Assembly (NCBI RefSeq): GCF_000179635.2
Contig: NC_014833.1
Span: 1,620,001 to 1,652,000, forward strand
Direction: 5' to 3'
Length of the DNA stretch: 32,000 nucleotides
Source: Ruminococcus albus 7 = DSM 20455
GTDB taxonomy: Bacteria > Bacillota > Clostridia > Oscillospirales > Ruminococcaceae
The notes below the pieces were generated by a model. The model was given only the letters and a program-made list of their open reading frames with translations. It was not told the DNA's origin and searched no databases. The position numbers and the translations under genes are program-made. Shown piece by piece: positions 16,237-24,166 of this stretch (position 1 is the first letter of the stretch; each line of letters begins with the position of its first letter).

Positions 16237-16860
16237 ATGATATTCCATGATGCAAAGGCAAAGTTCAAAAAGGGACACATTTACTACATATGCGGTCAAA
16301 GCGGAGTTGGAAAGTCTACGCTTTTACAGCTTATATCAGGTCAGTTGAGAAATTACAAAGGTACGATAAAATACAACGATTCAAACCTTCAAGAGATAGG
16401 CACAAAGAACATTTCCGACCTTGTTTCCGTTGTGATGCAGGAAAGTGTACTGTTCAATGATACTATTCTTAACAATATAGTTCTTGATTAGGAGATAGAC
16501 ATTGAACGCATAAGGTATCTTTGCAGGATATGCAATATCCTTGACGATATTGAAGAACTGCCCGATAAATTTGATACGGTAGTCTCAGAAAAGGGTGACA
16601 GTTTCTCAGGCGGTCAGAAAAGCAGACTGTGCCTTGTACGAGCACTTTATAAAAACCTTCCAGTCCTTATCATAGATGAGATAACTGCCGGGCTTGACGG
16701 AATAACAGAGCGCAATATCAGAGAGAACCTCACTGAGGTAGTCAGCGACAAGATAGTTATAATTGTTACGCACAGCAGCAATTTCATTATGGATAAGTCG
16801 ATAATTTATAACATAAACGATCATAAAATAAAGCAGGGAGAACCCAGATGTTTAAAATAG
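16237..16860 (+). pseudogene. ABC exporter nucleotide-binding domain: N-terminally truncated (no TMD) with an in-frame TAG at 16489-16491
   Basis: A single frame carries Walker A GQSGVGKST and Q-loop VMQES, then TAG, then the signature FSGGQKSRL, Walker B VLIIDEITAGLD and H-loop VTHS. The frame begins right at the IS21 relic. Confidence 0.75.
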
Positions 16861-19232
16861 TATACAGATATATCCTGAGAAATAAGAAGTATAGTATAGG
16901 CGCAATAATAGGTATCATTGTATCAACGATGCTGATGTTCAGTATGATACAGATCAGCGCAAGCTATATTATTTCATACAGGTCTTTCATTAGTTCGGGA
17001 GCACCGCAGGATTTCTACGTGGTGGATCTTAGTTATGATGAACTTACAGCTATAAATGATAAGTTCAGTAATATGGGAAAAGATAAGCCTGACAGATACC
17101 TTTCTACCATTTACGTTGGCGATATGGACTATGACCTCTCGAAAGCATCAGTCATTATGGGATACGAAGGTGATCTGGATTACTTCAAGAAAACTTCGCT
17201 TATAAACGGTGAATACCCTTCAGCCGAAAACGAGATATGCGTTGAGGAAAGCTACACTATATCCAATCCCGAACTAAAAATAGGCGATGACCTTACCCTT
17301 GTTTTTACACTGACAGATCAGACCGATGAGAAACAGTTGAAAGTCAGCAGAACTTTCAAAGTGTGCGGAATAATAAAAGACACTATGGATACGGGAAATT
17401 TCTTCTTTTCCAATCTAAAAACAGCCGCAGATATCTACAGTGAAAACGGTCTGCCATGCAGCAAATCCAATTCAATAACAGTCGAAGCAGAGGAAGGAAA
17501 CCTCAATGAAGATAAGCAAGTCATTGCTGTTAATGCTATAAGCGATATCGTAGTTGATGGGACTCCCGAAGATAGAAGATATTTCAACTACGAACAGCTT
17601 ATCCGAAATGAAGAAAAGACTGCGAATTACGATGAAGAGGGTTCATTCAGGGCGGTATCACTGGGTATATTTCTACTTTCGCTTATAATCGCAGTCTGCC
17701 TGACTATATTCGTCTATAACACGATCACTCTCAGCTTTGCACGCAAGATAAGTGTTTTCGGTACTATGCGCTGTATCGGTCTAAACAACAGGCAGCTCAT
17801 ACGGTTCATTCTCTCTGAGCAGTTCCTGATTGTATCGGCAGGAACGATCATAGGTATGGCATCAGGTGCACTGCTTAATCTTGCTGTGGCCGAGAAGATA
17901 ATGTCTGCACTGATAAATACAGCCGCAAGCATGAAAGTAGAACAGAAAGTATCCACCTATCTGATTACCTATCTGCTTACCCTTGTTTCGTCATTTATTG
18001 CCTGCCTTAAACTTATACTTAAAATCAGGAAGACCAATCCTGTAAATATAAGGACATTCAATGCCACCAAAAAGATGCTCACAGAAAAGACAAAAATGTT
18101 TTCTTCAAAAAATTATCTTTTTGGTCTTGCTATACGCAATCTTAGAAGGAACTTTGCAAAGAGCGCCATACAGACTGTTACACTAACTGTTAGCTTTCTG
18201 CTATGCCTGGTGATAAGTAATGTATTTGCGGTAGTAGGTTTCAATTCTGTCAAGAACGCAGCCGATTTCAGTGATTATTCAATACAGGCAAATATCATCG
18301 ATCTTAAAAGTAAAAATAACAGTTTCACCGAAGCCGATCTGGATCAACTGCGTTCTACGGATAAGGTAGAAAAGGTATATACAGAGAAATGTTTTGTTGA
18401 TTACACATGGGACAAAGCAGAACAACAGGACGAAGACGGTAATCTTCAGGTGATGCTGTATGACGATGAACTTTGGACACAGTTTTCGAAAATCAATGGC
18501 ATCACTTATGACGGATCAGATTCATTTTCAGTATTGATATCAGGAAATGAGTATAAAGAGGTAGAGATCTATTCACGAGATACGGATAATAGGTTCATTG
18601 TGAAGCCAGATCACTGGTTTGCTGCTGCCAGCCAGTTAAATTATGCGCTGTACCACAACAGTAATACTCTAATAATAAATGAAAAGCTGGCAGAAAGCAA
18701 TAATATGGAAAACAAAGGCTACTGTGCATTCCTTGTCAAAACGGATCGTTCAATGTCCGAGCTTTCAGCTATGACATTTTCAGCTTCTGATGTATATGTT
18801 ACCGATCTTCACGATGGACGTGCAGAATCTGAATCACAGCTTATCGGTATGATCATCATATCAGGATATATAGTTATTGCAACAATAGTGCTCAGTTTTA
18901 TGATAATAAGCAATACTATCAAGGAAAATATGACAAGCAGAAGGTCGGAATATGGCGTTATGCGAGCTATGGGTCTGAAACTGAAAGATCTGTGGACAGT
19001 AGCCTGCTATGAGAACCTTGTGCTTTCACTAATAGCGGTTCTGATAAGTATACCACTTTCTCTTATAGTAAATGTTTATATTTCCTTTGTACTGTTTGAT
19101 AAGATAAAAATATCGATACTTGCATATCTGCTCGTAAATCTGATATTCATAGGTGCGATAGAACTGTTTGCATATTTCAATATCAAGGGCAGTACAAAAG
19201 ATTCGATAGTAGAAATGATATATGAAAGGTAG
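16848..19232 (+). CDS. ABC transporter permease with two FtsX/MacB-type domains (794 aa)
   Basis: The pattern TM helix, ~225-aa extracytoplasmic domain, 3 TM is repeated twice. The start overlaps the end of the NBD pseudogene. A MacB/LolD-type ATPase follows. Confidence 0.85.
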   Translation: MFKIVYRYILRNKKYSIGAIIGIIVSTMLMFSMIQISASYIISYRSFISSGAPQDFYVVDLSYDELTAINDKFSNMGKDKPDRYLSTIYVGDMDYDLSKASVIMGYEGDLDYFKKTSLINGEYPSAENEICVEESYTISNPELKIGDDLTLVFTLTDQTDEKQLKVSRTFKVCGIIKDTMDTGNFFFSNLKTAADIYSENGLPCSKSNSITVEAEEGNLNEDKQVIAVNAISDIVVDGTPEDRRYFNYEQLIRNEEKTANYDEEGSFRAVSLGIFLLSLIIAVCLTIFVYNTITLSFARKISVFGTMRCIGLNNRQLIRFILSEQFLIVSAGTIIGMASGALLNLAVAEKIMSALINTAASMKVEQKVSTYLITYLLTLVSSFIACLKLILKIRKTNPVNIRTFNATKKMLTEKTKMFSSKNYLFGLAIRNLRRNFAKSAIQTVTLTVSFLLCLVISNVFAVVGFNSVKNAADFSDYSIQANIIDLKSKNNSFTEADLDQLRSTDKVEKVYTEKCFVDYTWDKAEQQDEDGNLQVMLYDDELWTQFSKINGITYDGSDSFSVLISGNEYKEVEIYSRDTDNRFIVKPDHWFAAASQLNYALYHNSNTLIINEKLAESNNMENKGYCAFLVKTDRSMSELSAMTFSASDVYVTDLHDGRAESESQLIGMIIISGYIVIATIVLSFMIISNTIKENMTSRRSEYGVMRAMGLKLKDLWTVACYENLVLSLIAVLISIPLSLIVNVYISFVLFDKIKISILAYLLVNLIFIGAIELFAYFNIKGSTKDSIVEMIYER

Positions 19233-19903
19233 TGATGATCATGGGTATTATTTCATTAAAAAACGTAAACAAATACTATAAAACAGGTGATAACTCCTTT
19301 CACGCATTAAAGGATATTAACCTTGAAATCGAAGAAGGCGAGTTCGTTGTTATACTTGGAAAAAGCGGTTCGGGAAAAAGTACTCTGCTTAATGTCATCG
19401 GGGGGCTTGACGGATATGATTCGGGTGATGTTATCATGGAGGGTTTCAATTACCAAAATGCTGACGATACTTTGATGTCAGATCTTAGATGCAGAAAGAT
19501 AGGATTTGTTTTCCAGGCTTACAATCTCATACCAGTACTCAATGTTTATGAGAATATCACCTTTCCGGTAAATATAAACGGTGGAAAGATAGATAAGGAA
19601 TACATAGCGAATATCATAAAAGAACTGGGACTTGAAGGCAAGGAAATGTCATTCCCGAATCAGCTTTCGGGTGGACAGCAGCAAAGAGTTGCTATAGCAA
19701 GAGCTCTTGCCAATAAACCTAAGATAGTTCTTGCAGATGAACCCACAGGAAATTTGGATACTGCCATAAGCTCAGATGTAATAGAGCTACTTACCCATGG
19801 AGTAAAGGAGTATGGTCATACTCTAGTAATGATAACTCACGATCCTGATATCGCACAGTACGCAGACAGAGTTGTAACTATAGAAGATGGTAGAATCGTA
19901 TAA
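19232..19903 (+). CDS. ABC transporter ATP-binding protein (MacB/LolD-like)
   Basis: Walker A is GKSGSGKST. LSGGQQQRVAIARALANKPKIVLADEPTGNLD carries the signature and Walker B. The H-loop is ITHD. The start is GTG 19232 or ATG 19235/19241. Confidence 0.9.
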   Translation: MMIMGIISLKNVNKYYKTGDNSFHALKDINLEIEEGEFVVILGKSGSGKSTLLNVIGGLDGYDSGDVIMEGFNYQNADDTLMSDLRCRKIGFVFQAYNLIPVLNVYENITFPVNINGGKIDKEYIANIIKELGLEGKEMSFPNQLSGGQQQRVAIARALANKPKIVLADEPTGNLDTAISSDVIELLTHGVKEYGHTLVMITHDPDIAQYADRVVTIEDGRIV

Positions 19904-19952
19904 ACACTTTATCCGGTAATACCGCCTTAGTACTGGAATATCACTACAGACT

Positions 19953-19993
19953 AATCACTCGAAATAATCATCTTTTTTGAACTGATGTCACAA
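19953..19993 (+). repeat. 41-nt direct repeat, copy 2 (partner at 7056-7096)
   Basis: 39/41 identity to 7056-7096. Confidence 0.8.
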
Positions 19994-20016
19994 CCTATGA
20001 AGTCAAAAAAGATGAT
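19967..20016 (+). other. 14-bp perfect-stem hairpin built on repeat copy 2
   Basis: ATCATCTTTTTTGA (19967-19980) pairs with TCAAAAAAGATGAT (20003-20016), with a 22-nt loop. The second arm is missing from copy 1. Confidence 0.6.
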
Positions 20017-20023
20017 TTCACTT

Positions 20024-20050
20024 AAAAGCGCGTATTTACGCGCTTTTTTG
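20024..20050 (+). terminator. Rho-independent terminator
   Basis: AGCGCGTA TT TACGCGCT followed by TTTTTTG, preceded by AAAA (possibly bidirectional). Confidence 0.7.
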
Positions 20051-20106
20051 TTGCCCTGAAACAGAAATTTTTTATATGAAAACCGAAGATGATTTTTGGT
20101 ATAAAA

Positions 20107-20128
20107 TGCCTTTGGACAGGATTCGAAC
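20107..20128 (-). other. tRNA 3'-end fragment (T-loop plus 3' acceptor strand), possible att scar
   Basis: Minus strand reads GTTCGAATCCTGTCCAAAGGCA: T-loop TTCGAAT, T-stem CCTGT and acceptor strand. No D-arm or anticodon arm is adjacent. Confidence 0.45.
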
Positions 20129-20214
20129 TCTTTTTTGGAGCGTTTTCAGAAGAATAGAAGATTTTTTTTAAGGGAAAAACAAAAATATAAAGCAAAAAGT
20201 TTCACAAACTTTTC

Positions 20215-20271
20215 AGCCCGAATTTGGTGCTTTTCACGAAATGTGAGAACACCGGATTCGGGCTTTTTTTA
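20215..20271 (+). terminator. Strong hairpin plus T-run immediately upstream of the amidoligase RBS (terminator or attenuator)
   Basis: AGCCCGAATTTGGTG (20215-20229) pairs with CACCGGATTCGGGCT (20250-20264, two G-U), then TTTTTTTA. It lies about 30 nt before the ATG at 20303. Confidence 0.6.
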
Positions 20272-20302
20272 TTTTTACATTTTAAAGAACGGAGGTGAAA
20301 GA

Positions 20303-21007
20303 ATGCCGGGAAATTTTGATGGGATAAAAAATAGAAAATTTGGTATCGAGATCGAGATGACTGGTATAACAAGGTGCGAAACTGCTAAAGCAATTAAAAA
20401 AGTTCTTGAAGGTGATATAGATCATGTGGGCGGCACCTACGACAAATACACTGTCGGTGATGACAAAGGAAGAAAATGGCAGATAGTCTTCGACAGCAGT
20501 ATCTACGCACGAAAGAAAAACTGAGATCTTGCAAGTGACTATTATAAAGTAGAGCTTAACTCCCCTGTGCTTGAATATGAGGACTTTGATCTGCTTCAAA
20601 GTGTCATTCGTGCTCTGAGAAAAACAGGAGCGATAACAGGACCAGATTATGACTGCGGTACTCATATCCATATCGATGCGGCTGATTATACGCCGCAACA
20701 GATAAGAAACCTTGTAAACCTGTGGTCAAGCAAAGAGGATTTCTTGTGGGACGCTCTTCAGGTATCATCCGCAAGATCAAACTACTGCAAAAAGATCAAC
20801 CGAACTTTTGTGGAACAGCTCAACCGTAAAAAACCGAAGACTCTAGATCGGATAAGTGACCTGTGGTATGCCGAGACTTCAAACAGCCGCTATAATCACT
20901 GCAATCCGACTAGGTACCACGCTCTTAATCTGCACTCGTTCTTTCAGCATGGTCATTATGAGATAAGAGCCTGCAATATGTCGGATATGACGACGGGGGA
21001 CTGTTGA
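20303..21007 (+). pseudogene. Amidoligase (Amidoligase_2, PF12224-like) with an in-frame TGA at 20522-20524 and a truncated C-terminus
   Basis: GGAGGTG RBS. MPGNFDGIKNRKFGIEIEMTGITR...GRKWQIVFDSSI...*...VELNSPVLEYEDFDLLQSVIRALRKTGA...CGTHIHID...NPTRYHALNLHSFFQHGHYEIRA all lies in one frame. The family normally continues past (E)FR.F.GTLH, but here it breaks at about 20975. Confidence 0.75.
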
Positions 21008-21618
21008 CCAACGCTGTAAGATCTGAACCAAATTGTGTTCTTCTCCTGGACGAAATAGAGAAAGCTCACCCAAAGGTCTATAACGCTCTTCTTCAGGTCA
21101 TGGACTACGGTATGATGACCGACTCAAAGGGAATAAAGGTCGATTTTACCAATACTGTCATAATAATGACTTCAAATGCAGGTGCTGCATCCATAGTAAA
21201 AAAGAACGTAGGCTTCGCAAAAGTTTCTGAAACAGTTGATAATTCTGCAATGGACAAAGCACTCGAAGAGAAATTCCCGCCCGAATTCAGAGGCAGACTT
21301 ACAGATGTCATATAATTCAATGATCTAACTCCCGAAATTTCAAAAATGATAGTAAGGAAAGAGATCGCTGCTCTGGCAGACAACCTCTATAAGCAAAAAG
21401 TCAAACTCACAGTTACCGACAACTGTGTTGAACATCTGGCTGAGGTCGGATACACTCCCATGACAGGAGCAAGAAACATAAAGAATCTTGTTTCCGGGGA
21501 ACTTTCCGAACTTATTGTAGATGATATGCTTTTTGGAAGTCTTAAAAGCGGTGGCAGCATAAAGATAGACTGGCAGGAAAGATACAAGAAGACTATTAGA
21601 ACAAAGAAAGCTGTTTGA
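20962..21618 (+). pseudogene. ClpA/ClpB-family AAA+ ATPase, C-terminal part of D2 only, with an in-frame TAA at 21313-21315
   Basis: ...YVGYDDGGLLTNAVRSEPNCVLLLDEIEKAHPKVYNALLQVMDYGMMTDSKGIKVDFTNTVIIMTSNAG...FPPEFRGRLTDVI*FNDLTPEISKMIVRKEI...GARNIKNLV... The Walker B/sensor region and the D2-small domain are present. D1 and the D2 Walker A are absent. Confidence 0.75.
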
Positions 21619-21725
21619 GAAAACTACGGTCCTCAGAGAAATATAAGGCTCCGAGGGCTTTATTTTTTTCATATATAATCATCGTCACTACCAAATATGG
21701 ATTTTTCACGTATAATATTTACATG

Positions 21726-21758
21726 CTGTCAAAAATATACATTAATATTCTTTTCTAA
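21726..21758 (+). repeat. 33-nt upstream element, copy 1 (partner 24135-24166)
   Basis: CTGTCAAAAATATACATTAATATTCTTTTCTAA versus CTGTCAAAATATACATTAATATAATTTTCTAA: one indel and two mismatches. Confidence 0.7.
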
Positions 21759-21800
21759 TATGAATAGATAACAAACAATCAAGATTATGTGTCAAAATTA

Positions 21801-21829
21801 TTGACAGCGGTGTTCCTGCGTGTTATAAT
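21801..21829 (+). promoter_or_regulatory. Consensus sigma-A promoter of the LRR surface-protein gene
   Basis: TTGACA (21801-21806), 17 nt, TATAAT (21824-21829). Confidence 0.55.
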
Positions 21830-21889
21830 AATTTTGTATTTTATTGATATATTATAGTATTCAACATAATTGGACGGGAGGGCATATTT

Positions 21890-23764
21890 ATGAAGATGAA
21901 AAAAGTTTTAGCAGTAATGATGGCGTTTTGTATGACAGCGGGTGCTGTCAGCTATGTTCCGCCGGTAAAAGCACACGCCATCACAACTAAGTTAGCTCCG
22001 GCTGATTCAGACTGTTATTATTTTGATGAAACAACAGGCACACTTACACTCAGAGGTGTGGTTGACGGTGATGCATTAAGAAATTTAGATTACAAGGGTA
22101 AGGTAATCTCAATTGTAGCTGAAGAAGGTACTGTATTTCCAGAAAATTCTTATTGGCTATTTAAAGGATATTACAATTGTACTTCTATCAATCTTTCGAA
22201 AGTTGACACCAGCAGTGTAACAAATATGGATGCTATGTTTTACAGGTGTCAAAATTTAACTTATCTTGATCTGAGCGGCTTTGATACAAGAAATGTTACT
22301 AGAATGGCAGATATGTTTTTTTATAATTCCAAATTGACCAAACTAGATTTGAGCACTTTTAACACCAGTCAGGTTACTGACATGACAGATATGTTCTACA
22401 ATTGTTCAAGCCTGACTACACTTGATCTGAGTGGTTTTGACACAAGCCAAGTTACAAGAAGGGACAGTATGTTCAAGCTTTGTTCAGACTTAAAAGAACT
22501 CACTCTCGGCGAGAAATTTTCCGGCATACCAAAAGATGCTGAACTCCCCAATGGCGAGGGCTGGGTAAACGCAAAAGCTCCCACAACTGTTATCAGCGGC
22601 AATGGTGATTTTGCTGAAATCGAAAACAGCGGTAAGAACACCTACAAACGCTTACCTATCGTTGAAGAAACCAAGCCCACCTACCCAACAAACATCAAGG
22701 TGGAATACAGTGAGAAGTACCGTCAGGTAAGATTTACATGGGACAAAGTCGAAGGTGCTGACAGATATGGTATAGCTGTATACCTGGCAGGAAAGTGGAG
22801 AGTACAGAATCAGAATATAACCGGTACGGTTTACACTTCTCCCAAAAACCTTACCCCTGGCATGACTTACAAAGTAGCAATCGCCGCAAGCGTGAACGGT
22901 AAATGGGATACAGCTAACGCTATCAAAAATGCTGTAACTGTTACCGTAAGAGGCAATAATTCCTATGTCAAGCCTGACATAGAGCTCAAATATAGTTGGG
23001 ACTTATATGTTATTGCCGATGAGATCACTATGTATCTCGGACCTGATACAAGCTACGGTAAAGTTACTACTATCCCTAGAAAAACTTTCCTTGATGAACT
23101 CGGCATTATGAATGATAATGACAACTGGGCATTTACAAAGTATAACGGACAGTATGGCTGGGTACAAATGGTTAATGAAAAAGGTATAATGGAGGTTCAA
23201 ATTTGGGGTCCCGTGGCTGCCAAGCCTGTTATCTACCTCTATCCCGAAAAGGAGACAGATGTTCATGTTGAGGTTGAGCTGACCGAAGCTGAACTTTACA
23301 CTACCTATCCTAAGTACAACAACGGCTGGGATGTAGTAGCTAAGCCAGACGGATCACTTGTGAACAAGGCTGACGGCACTCATCACAGATACCTGTTCTG
23401 GGACGCTGTAAACTGTCGTACAGAATTTGATCTCTCCAAAGGATTCTGTGTAGCAGGCAGTGATACCGAGAGTTTCCTCAAAGAGAAACTCAGCTATATG
23501 GGTCTGACCGAAGATGAGATGAACGAGTTTATCGTATACTGGCTGCCTAAAATGGAGCATAATAAGTATAATCTCATCTCCTTCCAGAGTGACAAATATA
23601 CAGATTCCGCAAAGCTGAACATCACACCCACACCCGACAGTATGCTGCGCGTATTCATGACATATGTACCACTTGAAGAGGCAGTGGACATCGAACTGCA
23701 GGAACTTTCCACATTTGAAAGAAGCGGCTTCACAGTCGTTGAATGGGGCGGTTCCGAATTATGA
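21890..23764 (+). CDS. Secreted surface protein: DUF285/BspA-like leucine-rich repeats, Fn3-like module, SH3b-like module, unassigned ~190-aa C-terminal domain
   Basis: GGGAGGG RBS and signal peptide MKMKKVLAVMMAFCMTAGAVSYVPPVKAHA. The repeats are ...LSKVDTSSVTNMDAMFYRCQNLTYLDLSGFDTRNVTRMADMFFYNSKLTKLDLSTFNTSQVTDMTDMFYNCSSLTTLDLSGFDTSQVT... The Fn3-like module is at 22685-22948. The SH3b-like motif is GPDTSYGKVTTIPRKTFLDELG...WAFTKYNGQYGWVQM. Confidence 0.85.
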   Translation: MKMKKVLAVMMAFCMTAGAVSYVPPVKAHAITTKLAPADSDCYYFDETTGTLTLRGVVDGDALRNLDYKGKVISIVAEEGTVFPENSYWLFKGYYNCTSINLSKVDTSSVTNMDAMFYRCQNLTYLDLSGFDTRNVTRMADMFFYNSKLTKLDLSTFNTSQVTDMTDMFYNCSSLTTLDLSGFDTSQVTRRDSMFKLCSDLKELTLGEKFSGIPKDAELPNGEGWVNAKAPTTVISGNGDFAEIENSGKNTYKRLPIVEETKPTYPTNIKVEYSEKYRQVRFTWDKVEGADRYGIAVYLAGKWRVQNQNITGTVYTSPKNLTPGMTYKVAIAASVNGKWDTANAIKNAVTVTVRGNNSYVKPDIELKYSWDLYVIADEITMYLGPDTSYGKVTTIPRKTFLDELGIMNDNDNWAFTKYNGQYGWVQMVNEKGIMEVQIWGPVAAKPVIYLYPEKETDVHVEVELTEAELYTTYPKYNNGWDVVAKPDGSLVNKADGTHHRYLFWDAVNCRTEFDLSKGFCVAGSDTESFLKEKLSYMGLTEDEMNEFIVYWLPKMEHNKYNLISFQSDKYTDSAKLNITPTPDSMLRVFMTYVPLEEAVDIELQELSTFERSGFTVVEWGGSEL

Positions 23765-23951
23765 AATAAGAGTGTTAAATTGATGCATTTTTAAAGGGCT
23801 GTGTCAGCTTATGTAATATATAATGAAGCACTTAATGAATGATTCAGTAGGACATAAATGTACGTATGAAATATTTTTTGAATCTTTAGTTATACTCAGT
23901 ATCGTAGAAATGAAAAATCCAGTAAGAGCTTATACAAGATGATCTAATTAT

Positions 23952-23986
23952 ACCGGACTCGGAATAAACTGAGTCCGGTTTTTTTG
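23952..23986 (+). terminator. Rho-independent terminator
   Basis: ACCGGACTC (23952-23960) pairs with GAGTCCGGT (23971-23979), followed by TTTTTTTG. Confidence 0.75.
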
Positions 23987-24034
23987 TTGAAATCAAAATT
24001 TCAGATTTTCATTTTTTGAATTTATGTTTTTCTT

Positions 24035-24100
24035 AATAGCTCCCTTTTAGTGTACACACGAAAAAGTGTGAAGATTCTAAGGGGCTATTTTATTTCTTGA
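24035..24100 (+). other. Imperfect nested hairpin followed by a T-rich tract (second terminator or small structured RNA)
   Basis: AATAGCTCCCTTTTAG ... CTAAGGGGCTATT encloses CACAC GAAAAA GTGTG, then TTTTATTTCTT. Confidence 0.25.
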
Positions 24101-24134
24101 GACATTAGGATAGCAAATGAACGACACATAGTTA

Positions 24135-24166
24135 CTGTCAAAATATACATTAATATAATTTTCTAA
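24135..24166 (+). repeat. 32-nt upstream element, copy 2, cut by IS1595 copy 2
   Basis: See 21726-21758. The repeat ends exactly at the IS junction (24166/24167). Confidence 0.7.

Noticed and set aside
15778-16280. Minus-strand ORFs 15778-16020 and 16029-16280
   Set aside because: They overlap the IS21 terminal repeats and the istA relic in antisense. They are Cys-rich junk translations with no RBS.
16237-21618. Alternative genetic code or programmed read-through as the explanation for the in-frame stops
   Set aside because: The three stops are three different codons, and each of TAA, TAG and TGA also terminates well-supported intact genes in this same window. All three affected genes are additionally truncated. 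Pseudogenisation is far more likely.
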